From Promethearchaeota archaeon (lineage in GTDB: Archaea > Asgardarchaeota > Lokiarchaeia > Sigyniarchaeales > Promethearchaeaceae), in the NCBI GenBank assembly GCA_016933055.1, contig JAFGBS010000019.1, positions 90,001-122,000 on the forward strand: 32,000 nucleotides of DNA. Reading direction: 5' to 3'. Below are positions 1 to 9,445 of the stretch, piece by piece. A program made the position numbers and the translations under genes. Each line of letters begins with the position of its first letter. Position 1 is the stretch's first letter. The notes beneath the pieces were generated by a model. That model ran no database searches. It was not told the origin of the DNA and saw nothing but the letters and a program-made list of their open reading frames with translations.

Positions 1-73
1 GGGTGGTTTACTAATCGGTGGATTATGTGCATTTCTGGGAGTAATATTGATCCTTTCCTATCGTAAAAGATAA
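1..73 (+). CDS. 3' end of an upstream membrane protein gene (C-terminal TM helix plus basic tail), cut by the window edge; possible paralog of 224..1741
   Basis: Frame 2 reads GGLLIGGLCAFLGVILILSYRKR-stop (TAA 71-73). It ends like ORF 224..1741 (GGYIGAGIIGFVGIFLIGSQFKKQR-stop), and both end in the DNA AAAGATAATCTTT. Confidence 0.6.
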   Translation, partial: GGLLIGGLCAFLGVILILSYRKR

Positions 74-223
74 TCTTTATGTCCAAAATTTTGGAGTAAA
101 ATTGAAAATAAACGAAAAAATTGAAATATTGAAACAATTATAGACAATTATCAATTAAGTGTTGTAATAACGATAAAGTGGTAACAAAAATAGTAATATG
201 TAAAAAATTTAGGTGTTAATAGA

Positions 224-1741
224 ATGGAAAAGAGAAAATTGATTGCGGGTATAGTATTACTCGTTATTGGAATTGGATTAATCCCTGGTACTATTGGAAT
301 GGGGAATTTAATTAACTACCGAATGGATCAAACAATCAATCCTGCATTTGATAATATACGCTCGGAATTCTCTACTGAGGCAGAATCATTTGCATTAAAA
401 GAATCAATTCCCCAGATGATGCAAGAGTTAAAGGATACAATCATTCCAAATATTCCTATATTAATTAATGGCTCTGTATCCGCAAAAGTTATCTCTAATG
501 TTCTTAATAATTTGACTGGATATATAGGGCAAGAAAATGCGACGGAATGGTTCTTTAATGACCCTACATTCACGATTAACACGGATGGTAATTATTCGAT
601 ACAAGGAATTTCAGAGTACAGCGGACTGGGTAATTTAAGTTTTTCCACATTAGCCATAAACAGAATATTATCTGCAATATTAACAAATTATGCTGTTACT
701 AATGGGATAAAGTCATTTCTGGAAAATTACGAAGATTCAGTTACCGATCTTGACGATCGAAATGAAATGATGCAGTTATATAATGCAACTTGGGAGCAAC
801 TGGAAAATGTTTCCACTTATCTGACGGATTATCTATTTCCATTAGTACCTACTTTAGGATCTTTACCATTTGAAGCTACTTCATTAACCGCCGAAGATTT
901 TTTTTATATACATTGGGCAAATGGAACTGTTTTACCAAATGGAATCCGTATTTTTTTCAGTCAAACCGTATCTGTAGTGAATTGGGAATTAAAACAACCC
1001 GACTTGAATCTCAACCTTTCAATGGTAAAAACCATCTGGAACACCACAAATGAATATTCCCCGTTCAATGAGCAAGGGATTTTGAAATGGATATGGACAG
1101 TATATGACCCCACTGAATTCACCGAAATTGAAGATGGTCTTGGAATAAACAACACACTCGTTTCGGCATTAATGGATCACTTATTTAACACTAACTTCTT
1201 AGATAATGTTATCAACCGAATATTTAACATTGTTAGCACTCAAACATTAGCTGAGAAAAGGAACGAAGGAATTATCAGGCAATGGGCAGATGGTATTATG
1301 GTTCCAACTGGTCTTGGTTCAATTGACTCGCTATATGCCGGATTTGAAGTAACATTACCTCCCAATGATCTTGGTATTGACCTGAGTGTCCTAAAGGATA
1401 TTTGGTTTGTGAATAATACTAACGCTTTGAGGAATTCAACCGATGGTTTGGATAAATGGTTTACAATCGCAAGAGCACCTGAATCAGAGCGCTCTGATCT
1501 CGTCGAATATCAAATAATTACAGCAGAATTTGGTCTAGACTCTACACAAATGAATTTAATATCGGATTGGTTGAAAATATTCAGAAACACTTCCACATAT
1601 ATCATACAAGATATTCAAGGATTCCAACTCCATCCATATGAGATCCTCAGGCAAATTACTATTGGGGGATATATCGGTGCTGGTATTATTGGTTTCGTTG
1701 GCATATTTTTGATCGGATCTCAATTTAAGAAGCAAAGATAA
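224..1741 (+). CDS. Hypothetical membrane-anchored surface glycoprotein, 505 aa, TM helix at each end and a two-copy internal repeat
   Basis: Hydrophobic segments at residues ~6-26 and ~478-498; 14 N-x-S/T sequons counted between them; repeat HWANG..WE..DL.L.LS..K.IW..G..KW (230-320) vs QWADG..FE..DL.I.LS..K.IW..G..KW (353-450). Confidence 0.8.
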   Translation: MEKRKLIAGIVLLVIGIGLIPGTIGMGNLINYRMDQTINPAFDNIRSEFSTEAESFALKESIPQMMQELKDTIIPNIPILINGSVSAKVISNVLNNLTGYIGQENATEWFFNDPTFTINTDGNYSIQGISEYSGLGNLSFSTLAINRILSAILTNYAVTNGIKSFLENYEDSVTDLDDRNEMMQLYNATWEQLENVSTYLTDYLFPLVPTLGSLPFEATSLTAEDFFYIHWANGTVLPNGIRIFFSQTVSVVNWELKQPDLNLNLSMVKTIWNTTNEYSPFNEQGILKWIWTVYDPTEFTEIEDGLGINNTLVSALMDHLFNTNFLDNVINRIFNIVSTQTLAEKRNEGIIRQWADGIMVPTGLGSIDSLYAGFEVTLPPNDLGIDLSVLKDIWFVNNTNALRNSTDGLDKWFTIARAPESERSDLVEYQIITAEFGLDSTQMNLISDWLKIFRNTSTYIIQDIQGFQLHPYEILRQITIGGYIGAGIIGFVGIFLIGSQFKKQR

Positions 1742-1742
1742 T

Positions 1743-1757
1743 CTTTTTTCATTTTTT
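1743..1757 (+). terminator. Oligo-T tract, archaeal-type terminator candidate
   Basis: CTTTTTTCATTTTTT directly after the stop of 224..1741. Confidence 0.4.
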
Positions 1758-1819
1758 CACAATTTCATGTAATAGACAGCTATAATTCAAAAGGTTAACA
1801 ATATATATTGTGATTATAC

Positions 1820-2455
1820 ATGGATTTATTTCCTCAATATGTGATATTAGGCAACAATGTAAAAATTGGGAAATTTGTTATTTTAGGTGAAATACCAAGA
1901 GTAGAGAAAATCCAACCCTTAGAAATTGGTGCCGATACAATAATTAGATCCCATTCTGTAATTTACACCAACACCACAATAGGGGATAATTTCCAAACTG
2001 GTCATGGTGTATTAATCAGAGAAAATTGCGTAATTGGAAAAAATGTTAGTGTAGGTAGTCATAGCGTTTTGGAAAGAGATGTAATATTACAGGATAATGT
2101 TAGAATTCATTCAAATGTTTTCATTCCAGAATATACATGCATAGAACAGAATGCATGGATCGGACCTAATGTTGTTATGACGAATGCTTATCATCCATTA
2201 TGTAGTAAAGTAAAGGAATGTTTAAAGGGACCTACCATTAGAAGCCATGTTATTATAGGTGCTCATGTGACAATTGCCCCCTATGTTACTATTGGAGAAA
2301 ATGTATTTATTGGAGCAGGATCAGTTGTGACAAAAGATATCCCGGATAATATGGTCGCTTATGGCTCTCCAGCTAGAATAATAAAACGAATTGATCAATT
2401 AAAATGTAAAACTGGTATTAAAAACAAAAATCCATATAAAAGTATACCGAAATGA
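1820..2455 (+). CDS. Hexapeptide-repeat (left-handed beta-helix) N-acetyltransferase, WbpD/WlbB-like
   Basis: Repeated [LIV]G-x-x-x-x hexapeptides, IGPNVVMTN, GAGSVVTKDIP and YGSPAR motifs; ATGA overlap with the next gene. Confidence 0.8.
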   Translation: MDLFPQYVILGNNVKIGKFVILGEIPRVEKIQPLEIGADTIIRSHSVIYTNTTIGDNFQTGHGVLIRENCVIGKNVSVGSHSVLERDVILQDNVRIHSNVFIPEYTCIEQNAWIGPNVVMTNAYHPLCSKVKECLKGPTIRSHVIIGAHVTIAPYVTIGENVFIGAGSVVTKDIPDNMVAYGSPARIIKRIDQLKCKTGIKNKNPYKSIPK

Positions 2456-3471
2456 CGAAATATGCAATTATTGGGCTTGGATATTGGGGATCAAATCACT
2501 TAAGAGCTTTAGATAAGTTACGATCTGATAAATTAATTGAACAACTGGTAGTTTGTGATATTAATGAAACAGCATTACAAGAAACTCTGAAATTTCCTAA
2601 TATAGAAAAATGTAGAGATTGGAGAATCTTGTTAAAAGATGAGTCATTGGATATGGTATCAATAGTTAGTCCCTCCCCATACCACTTTGAAATGACCAAA
2701 GAGTTTCTTCTTGCTGGGAAAGATGTATTGGTTGAAAAACCAATGGCTCTAACATCTAAAGAATGTGACATACTTTTGGAAGTACAAAATCAGACGGGAA
2801 AAGGACTAATGGTGGGTCATGTATTCAGGTTTCATCCTGCAGTGATTGAATTACGCAATCGAATCCAAAACGGTCAGTTTGGTGAGATTCTCACTATCAT
2901 GATAAGAAGAATTGCTTTAAGGCCTCCTAGGAAGGATATGGGTGTGATGTTAGCCCTTGGGATTCATGAGGTTGACTTAACATGTTTTCTTTTAGGGGAT
3001 AAAACACCAGATTCTATTTTTGCAGATATAAACTACTATTATGATAAACAAGAAGAAACAGCATTAATCCTCCAAAAATTTGGTAAAACTTCTGCATATT
3101 CTTTTGAAAGTTGGATTGATCCCACGCAAGGAAAATTACGAGAATTATCCTTAGTTGGTAGTTTGGGGAGTGTAATGATTGATTTCCTCGTACCTAATGA
3201 AATAAAGATAATTCAATCCCATTTGATTGTTAAAGAGCTAGAAAAGGGAAAAAACTTTGATATCGTTGATAAAGGTGAATCTATAGTGAAATTAGAACCG
3301 AAAGAACCGCTTCTTGAAGAAATTAGACACTTTATAATCCAGTCAAAAGGAAATAAAAAATATGAATCAAATGGAACTATTGGTAAAAGAGCTGTATTAA
3401 TGATTGAGAAAGCTATTAAAGCTTATAGAAAAAGAAGATTTGTCAAAATGGATAATATGGTTTATGAGTAA
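2452..3471 (+). CDS. Gfo/Idh/MocA NAD-dependent oxidoreductase, WbpB/WlbA-like sugar 3-dehydrogenase
   Basis: IIGLGYWG Rossmann motif, VLVEKPM, VGHVFRFHPA, IHEVD motifs. Confidence 0.85.
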   Translation: MTKYAIIGLGYWGSNHLRALDKLRSDKLIEQLVVCDINETALQETLKFPNIEKCRDWRILLKDESLDMVSIVSPSPYHFEMTKEFLLAGKDVLVEKPMALTSKECDILLEVQNQTGKGLMVGHVFRFHPAVIELRNRIQNGQFGEILTIMIRRIALRPPRKDMGVMLALGIHEVDLTCFLLGDKTPDSIFADINYYYDKQEETALILQKFGKTSAYSFESWIDPTQGKLRELSLVGSLGSVMIDFLVPNEIKIIQSHLIVKELEKGKNFDIVDKGESIVKLEPKEPLLEEIRHFIIQSKGNKKYESNGTIGKRAVLMIEKAIKAYRKRRFVKMDNMVYE

Positions 3472-4541
3472 AATTCAATGATTTTTTCACATACAAAACG
3501 GATTTTATCTTTTGAATACGTACCAGAAATTGGAATAGATAAAATTTTTTCACTTATTTCATCATTTATTGGCATTTTTTGATATCCAGCAACCTCTTTA
3601 ATATAATTCAATTCATTAAGCTTTTCTTTATACATTACTGAAGAACCGATATTATTTTTTTTAAGATATTTTTGTAACTCATCTCTTTTTTCTGCTTTGA
3701 TAGTGTAAAGATGATAAACATGTTTGAAATTTGGTGGTTCAGTTGGTAATTCTATATGAAAGAGATTTCTTAACTTTTCTTCATAACAACTTGCAAGATC
3801 TCTTCGATTTTGATTGTATTTATCTAGTTTCTTAAGGTGAGATCTACCAATTGCTGCTAAAATTTCACTTAATCTATTATTTAAACCCGGCATAACATGC
3901 TGACCATTAATTCGTCCGTGATCTCGTAAAGCTTTGATTTTTAGAATTAATTCTTCATTATTGGATATTACTATACCTCCATCTCCTCCAACTGTAGTAT
4001 TTTTAGTGGGGAAAAATGAAAATGCTGCTAAATCACCTTGAACTCCTGCCTTTTTTCCTTTACATGCTGCTCCGTGAGCTTGACAAGCATCCTCTATTAT
4101 ATAAATATTATTTTTTTGTGCAATCGATTGGATTTTTTCCATTTCACACATTAATCCATATAAATGAACAGGGATGATTGCTTTTGTGTTCATGTTTATT
4201 TTTTTTTCCAACTTCGTGGAGTCGATCAAAAAAGTATTGGGATTGATATCGACGAAGATAGGTTTTGCACCCGTAAAAATTATTGCATTCACTGTTGCAG
4301 CAAATGTGTTTGGGGGGATAATTACTTCATCACCGTTTTTAATGTTTAATGCGAGTAAAGATAAGTGAAGTGCAGAAGTCCCTGAGTTGACTGTTGCAGC
4401 AAATTCAACTTGTTGATACTGAGCGAATTCTTCTTCTAGTAATTCAGCTTCTTGTCCTTTTACATATTGACCACTGCTTAGAACTCTTTCAATTGCATTT
4501 CTCTCTTCATTACCTAAATCAACTGTCGTTCTTGGAATCAT
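3462..4541 (-). CDS. DegT/DnrJ/EryC1/StrS PLP aminotransferase, WbpE/WlbC-like
   Basis: VNSGTSALHL, IPVHLYG, IEDACQAHGA, SFFPTKN (catalytic Lys), GDGG motifs. Confidence 0.9.
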   Translation of the reverse strand: MIPRTTVDLGNEERNAIERVLSSGQYVKGQEAELLEEEFAQYQQVEFAATVNSGTSALHLSLLALNIKNGDEVIIPPNTFAATVNAIIFTGAKPIFVDINPNTFLIDSTKLEKKINMNTKAIIPVHLYGLMCEMEKIQSIAQKNNIYIIEDACQAHGAACKGKKAGVQGDLAAFSFFPTKNTTVGGDGGIVISNNEELILKIKALRDHGRINGQHVMPGLNNRLSEILAAIGRSHLKKLDKYNQNRRDLASCYEEKLRNLFHIELPTEPPNFKHVYHLYTIKAEKRDELQKYLKKNNIGSSVMYKEKLNELNYIKEVAGYQKMPINDEISEKILSIPISGTYSKDKIRFVCEKIIEFYS

Positions 4542-4851
4542 CTCGAGTTTGGATTAAAAATATAAAATTTAAACTTATTCTGAGGGGATCTGAAAAAACG
4601 AAAAATAATAGAAAAATATACAAATCTTGAGTTATTTTGAAAATACATATTTAAATAATTCCCAAATAATTGAGCTGACTACCGGAATCTAAGATAACAA
4701 ACCATTTACACTCCTATTAGTAGATAGAAATTTCTTAAATACAAAGAAAAGATTCTTTTCGTTCATCAATTATTAACATAGTCCCAAACATAAAAGAGTA
4801 ATTTTTACTTAAACGAGATTTATAAATTTTTAAAATCGACTAGAGTTCCTT

Positions 4852-5163
4852 TAATCAATTCCAAATAAGTCGTCTTGGATTACCAGACGAATTGTTGACA
4901 CTCCTTATAACCTTAGTTTTCATAATTTTTTACATAATTTCTCAAGTACGTGGACGAATCCTCTTGCAATGTACAATTTTTTCTCACTTGGATTAGACCA
5001 TACGAGTTGTATGTCTATCCCGCAATTTCCTTAATCTATGGTATACCCACGTCATTTTTTTGCACGTATGTCCGTGGTGGAATGTCTTGGATATCCCATA
5101 GGAGTTGTTTAACCCATGTATCGCAAGCGATAGGTCGTATAGGCACACAATAGACGTTGATTA
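4852..5163. other. Hairpin-rich non-coding segment ending in a copy of the 17253-family terminal repeat
   Basis: Hairpins TCGTC-T-TGG-ATTA-CCA-GACGA (~4870-4890), CATAC-GAGTT-GTATG (4999-5013), TATCG-CAAG-CGATA (~5119-5132). 5144-5163 matches the reverse complement of 17253-17272 at 17/20 positions. Confidence 0.4.
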
Positions 5164-5233
5164 ATCATTTGACTTAATTGCGATGGCAATTATCTGCCCC
5201 TTTTAAATAGAAAACTTCAATTTTTTGTGGTAA

Positions 5234-5569
5234 TCATTTCATTAGATAAATCGGATTTAAAATATCTATCAAATTTTGGGCTTTCTTATTTAACTCTTCA
5301 AAATATTGTTCTTTTACATTTTCTAGCGCTTCTAAAGGAGGAGTTGCTGTGTGAAAAGTTGTACGATTCTCCCCGTCAAGTAAAACAAATCCTTTTCCAA
5401 TAAGAGGTTGAAGAATTTGGTAAATACAGGGATAGGGGGATTTACTTTCCTTTCTGAATTCCTTTTCATTAAATGTACCCACGATAACTAAAGTTAGATA
5501 AACCAAGGTTTTATTATCAGTAAAACCTAAGTCATTCAAAGATTCTTTTAAATGCTGAGGAAGCACCAT
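5234..5569 (-). CDS. Stand-alone TrmB-family winged-HTH transcriptional regulator, 111 aa
   Basis: LNDLGFTDNKTLVYLTL..IYQILQPLIGKGFV..HTATPP matches the TrmB N-terminal pattern LGLxxxExxVYxxL..YxxLxxLxxKGLV..YxAxxP; no sugar-binding domain. Confidence 0.75.
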   Translation of the reverse strand: MVLPQHLKESLNDLGFTDNKTLVYLTLVIVGTFNEKEFRKESKSPYPCIYQILQPLIGKGFVLLDGENRTTFHTATPPLEALENVKEQYFEELNKKAQNLIDILNPIYLMK

Positions 5570-5636
5570 ATTTTATACATAAGGATTTTAATATTTACAA
5601 ATTAACTGAGTTTTCAAATGTCATAATGATTAGTGA

Positions 5637-7073
5637 TTATTCTTGGTTTTTTTTCTCAATACCTACACGATATTGCTTAACTAAACTCTTTGCTCTTGAT
5701 GCTTCCTTTGCTTCAGCAATGACACGGATAACGGGTTCTGTATTGGATTGATGAACCAAAATCCATTCTTTCCGTTTCTTATTTATAATTTTCACATCAT
5801 TTCCCTTTGCAATATACGTCAAGTTCTCCTCTTCAAGATGAATTTTTAATCTATCGATAATCTTTAGTGATTTTGGTACAGTAAAACTTTCTCGATAAGA
5901 GGAATATTTGGGAATATTTTTTATGAGTTCGGACAATGATTCAGAATGTTGAGATAGACAATCACATATTACACAGGATGCAAAAATTCCATCTCTTGCA
6001 TTATTAAACCTTGGATACATAAATCCTCCGCTAGATCCCTCTCCACCTATTATCAGAGTACCTGGATTGTCCAATTTTAATTGTGTAAACTTTCTTGCAA
6101 GATATTGTTCCCCGATTTGTGTGCGATAAATTTTCGCACCAAATTTTTCAGCGAGATCATCGAACGCCAATGAAGAAGCGATGTTTGTTACAATCAGTAT
6201 CTTTTTAGGAGATTTTTTTAATGCGTTTCTATGAAGGAAGTAATGCATGGGGAGAAGTACAGAAACATCTTCGGGATAGACTTCACCATCTGGACCGACT
6301 ACTGTTAAACGATCAGCATCACAATCATAAGCAAATCCCACATCGGCATTAGTTTTTTTCATTTCCAATTTTAATACTTCTAAGTTTTCAGCAATAGGTT
6401 CGATTTTTCGTGGAAAATGAGGATAACACATTGAAGAATCATTAGTTATATTGAATTTTTCATGAAGGTGTATCAAAATACATCCATAAGAGGAAAGAAA
6501 TATATCGATAACACCTTTTGCTGTCCCTGCATTTGTATCGACAATAACTTTCAATCCTCTTTTCTTGATATTTTTTATATCTAATTCTTTATTTAGAAGT
6601 GATTTGTACAACTTTTTCGCATCTGCACTATGAATTAACCCGATTTCATCCCATTTAGCGGGATATTCGGAAGAAACACCTTTTAGTGAAAGCTTCTGGA
6701 TTTCTTCGATTTCCTCATTATTGATAAATGTGTGTGAAGGACCAACAAATTTAACTCCATTATACTCTTCTGGATTGTGAGATCCTGTAATAATCACACC
6801 TCCTGCAAGTTTTTTTAGATGAATATAATGTAATATAATCGGTGTAGGTAAATCAAGTAAATCAGTTACATGAATTCCCATTGAAATTAATCCTGAAGCA
6901 ATAATTTGTGCATACATTAAGCTTGAATTCCTTGTATCTCTACCTAAAGCAACTTTAGAGCCCTTTCCTAACCATAATGCAAATTTCTTAGTGAATTTCA
7001 GCACATCTTCAATTTTTAAATCTTCATTTACTTTTCCTCGCATTCCACTGGGTGTAAGTATCACTATTCTCAA
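5637..7073 (-). CDS. Alpha-D-phosphohexomutase (PMM/PGM/GlmM family)
   Basis: GRDTR, ITGSHNP phosphoserine loop, YDCDADR metal loop, GGEGSSG, SNTEPVIRVIAEA; TTG start. Confidence 0.92.
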   Translation of the reverse strand: MRIVILTPSGMRGKVNEDLKIEDVLKFTKKFALWLGKGSKVALGRDTRNSSLMYAQIIASGLISMGIHVTDLLDLPTPIILHYIHLKKLAGGVIITGSHNPEEYNGVKFVGPSHTFINNEEIEEIQKLSLKGVSSEYPAKWDEIGLIHSADAKKLYKSLLNKELDIKNIKKRGLKVIVDTNAGTAKGVIDIFLSSYGCILIHLHEKFNITNDSSMCYPHFPRKIEPIAENLEVLKLEMKKTNADVGFAYDCDADRLTVVGPDGEVYPEDVSVLLPMHYFLHRNALKKSPKKILIVTNIASSLAFDDLAEKFGAKIYRTQIGEQYLARKFTQLKLDNPGTLIIGGEGSSGGFMYPRFNNARDGIFASCVICDCLSQHSESLSELIKNIPKYSSYRESFTVPKSLKIIDRLKIHLEEENLTYIAKGNDVKIINKKRKEWILVHQSNTEPVIRVIAEAKEASRAKSLVKQYRVGIEKKNQE

Positions 7074-7179
7074 TTTTCTAAGTTATGTTGTTCTGAAATG
7101 TAAGATACGTGATAAATAATAATTCTTCTTATTTGAAGAGTAAAACGGTGATTGTATTTGTATTTATATGTGCTAGCAG

Positions 7180-7197
7180 TTAAGATACCGATCTTAA
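7180..7197. promoter_or_regulatory. Perfect 7-4-7 palindrome overlapping a TATA-like box in a divergent promoter region
   Basis: TTAAGAT-ACCG-ATCTTAA followed by ATATA, about 25 nt before ATG 7222, between divergent genes. Confidence 0.35.
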
Positions 7198-7221
7198 ATA
7201 TATTGATGATTTAAACAAGAT

Positions 7222-8274
7222 ATGGATAAAAATATTAAGGATTTTTTTAGCGGTAAGGGGATACTTGTTATCGGAGGAACTGGAACTATTGGGTCTGAAA
7301 TCGTTAATCAACTTCTAATATGTAATCCACGAGTCATTAGGATTTTTACCAATTCTGAAAACGAATTATGGGAAACCCAACTGAGGTTTGACCAATATTC
7401 TGAGAAACTTCGGTTTTTATTAGGAGATATTCGAGATTACGATCGTGTTTTGAAAGCCATGGAAGATATTGATATAATTTTTAATGCTGCAGCGATAAAA
7501 CATGTTCATATCAGTGAATACAATCCTATGGAAGCAATTACCGTTAATTTAATTGGTTTAAGTAACATAATTGAAGCAGCAATTAATAAGAAAGTCAGGA
7601 AAATCATTCAAATTTCAACTGATAAAGCAGTTTCTCCAACAACAGTAATGGGGGCAACAAAAATGATAGGAGAAAAATTATGTTTATCTCGTTATTTTTC
7701 AAAAGGAACTCATGATATTGCTATTTCATGTGTTAGGTTTGGCAATGTATTAGGTTCTCGGGGTTCGATAATCCCACTAATAAAAGAACAATTGAGACGA
7801 TCCAATGAAATTTTTTTAACGAGTAAAGAAATGCGACGCTTTTTTATGTCAATTAGTGAAGCTGTTGAATTAGTATTAAAAGCAGCAATGGTTTCAATTA
7901 ATGGAGAAATCTTTGTCTTAAAAATGCCAACCGTCCAGATTAAGGATCTCATGGAGGTAATTGTTGAGGAATATTGTCCAACTATAGGGAAAAATCCCCA
8001 AGACATCAAAATTATTGAAACTAAGCCAAAACCTGGAGAGAAATTCGATGAAGAGTTAGTTTCAGAAATCGAACAAAAAAACTGTTTCGAGAATGAAGAC
8101 ATGCTAGTCATCATTCCTAGTTTCGATTTCGATGAAAACGATATTGAACAAAAAATTGCAAAAATTGGGAAACCACTCAGTGAAGAATCATATGGTTTAA
8201 TTTCTACAAAAAATGCGACTCCACTAACAAAATCTGAAATAAAAAAAATCTTAAAATACCTAAAATTCATTTAA
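7222..8274 (+). CDS. Soluble UDP-GlcNAc 4,6-dehydratase (CapD/PglF/PseB-type SDR)
   Basis: GGTGTIG, LGDIRD, AAAIKHV, STDKAV, VRFGNVLGSRGS, RRFFMS, KPGEKFDEEL motifs. Confidence 0.9.
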   Translation: MDKNIKDFFSGKGILVIGGTGTIGSEIVNQLLICNPRVIRIFTNSENELWETQLRFDQYSEKLRFLLGDIRDYDRVLKAMEDIDIIFNAAAIKHVHISEYNPMEAITVNLIGLSNIIEAAINKKVRKIIQISTDKAVSPTTVMGATKMIGEKLCLSRYFSKGTHDIAISCVRFGNVLGSRGSIIPLIKEQLRRSNEIFLTSKEMRRFFMSISEAVELVLKAAMVSINGEIFVLKMPTVQIKDLMEVIVEEYCPTIGKNPQDIKIIETKPKPGEKFDEELVSEIEQKNCFENEDMLVIIPSFDFDENDIEQKIAKIGKPLSEESYGLISTKNATPLTKSEIKKILKYLKFI

Positions 8275-8284
8275 ACTGATTTAT

Positions 8285-9445
8285 ATGAAGAAAACATACC
8301 CCTTATTTGACATATACTGGGATGAAGAGGATATTCAGCGAGTCAATGGAGTGATTCGCAGAGGTACTTCTTGGGCTGCTGGTCCTGAAATTATTGAATT
8401 TGAAAACGCTTTGAAAACATATTTTGGAGTAAAATATGCTTTAACTTTTAACTCTGGAACCTCAGCTATGCATGCATTAATGCTAGCTCACGGGATAAAT
8501 TCTGGTGAAGTGATTGTGCCTTCTTTTTCTTTTATTTCTACTGCTAATGCAGTTCTATTAGCAGGTGCAACTCCCGTGTTTGCAGATATTGAATCAGAAT
8601 CTCTTGGATTGGATCCTATGGATGTTGAGGGAAAAATCTCTTCAAATACAGAAGCAATTGTGCCAATGCATTACGGAGGAAGAGTTTGTAAAAATATTGA
8701 AAAATTACGGACATTAGCAGATACTCATAACCTACTCTTAATTGAGGATAATGCAGAGAGTTTTGGTGCTTCCTTAAATGGAAAACTAGCTGGAACATTT
8801 GGTCAATCTGCTTTTTTAAGCTTCTGTCAAAATAAGATTATTACTACTGGGGAAGGAGGAGCAGTGATTACCAACGATGAGAATGTATATCAAAACTTAA
8901 TATTAATTCGCTCTCATGGCAGAGTAGAAAAAAATGACGTGGATTATTTTCATGATACAGAAATTGAAGACTATATTGCGATTGGTTACAATTTAAGAAT
9001 GCCCTCTATTTGTGCAGCATTAGGTGTGTCTCAATTAAAAAAAATATCTACAATAATCTCAAAGCGACGAGAAGTGGCTTTGTATTATAACCAAATCCTG
9101 AGTGAAATAAAAAATATTAGTATTTTTCACGAAAATTCTTTTTCTACTCCCGTCTATCAATTATTTAGTATCTTATTGAATAACCCGACAGATCGAGCTC
9201 CCTTACAGAAATTTCTAGTTGAAAACGGAATTTATACAAAAATTTACTTTGCACCAATACATCAAAAGAAATTTTATGCTAAAAAGTTTCCAAAATCGAA
9301 AGGACTATCTGTCACGATAGATATTAGCAGAAGGATTCTTACTTTACCATTCTCTCTAAATTTCCAGAAGGAGGATTTAGATTTTATCGCTGATAAAATC
9401 CGAGAGTTTTTTAAAGACCAACAGAACAAGGAGGAAATTACTTGA
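8285..9445 (+). CDS. DegT-family sugar 4-aminotransferase (PglE/LegC role)
   Basis: FNSGTSAMH, VPMHYGG, IEDNAESFGA, SFCQNKIITTGEGG; sits between the dehydratase and neuB. Confidence 0.88.
   Translation: MKKTYPLFDIYWDEEDIQRVNGVIRRGTSWAAGPEIIEFENALKTYFGVKYALTFNSGTSAMHALMLAHGINSGEVIVPSFSFISTANAVLLAGATPVFADIESESLGLDPMDVEGKISSNTEAIVPMHYGGRVCKNIEKLRTLADTHNLLLIEDNAESFGASLNGKLAGTFGQSAFLSFCQNKIITTGEGGAVITNDENVYQNLILIRSHGRVEKNDVDYFHDTEIEDYIAIGYNLRMPSICAALGVSQLKKISTIISKRREVALYYNQILSEIKNISIFHENSFSTPVYQLFSILLNNPTDRAPLQKFLVENGIYTKIYFAPIHQKKFYAKKFPKSKGLSVTIDISRRILTLPFSLNFQKEDLDFIADKIREFFKDQQNKEEIT

Noticed and set aside
7710-8270. 186-aa antisense ORF and other shadow ORFs (328..582, 9274..9594, 10255..10587, 28047..28328, 28518..28790, 29029..29262, 30942..31217 and similar)
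   Set aside because: They lie opposite or inside well-supported genes and have the Ser/Ile/Phe-rich composition of antisense frames.
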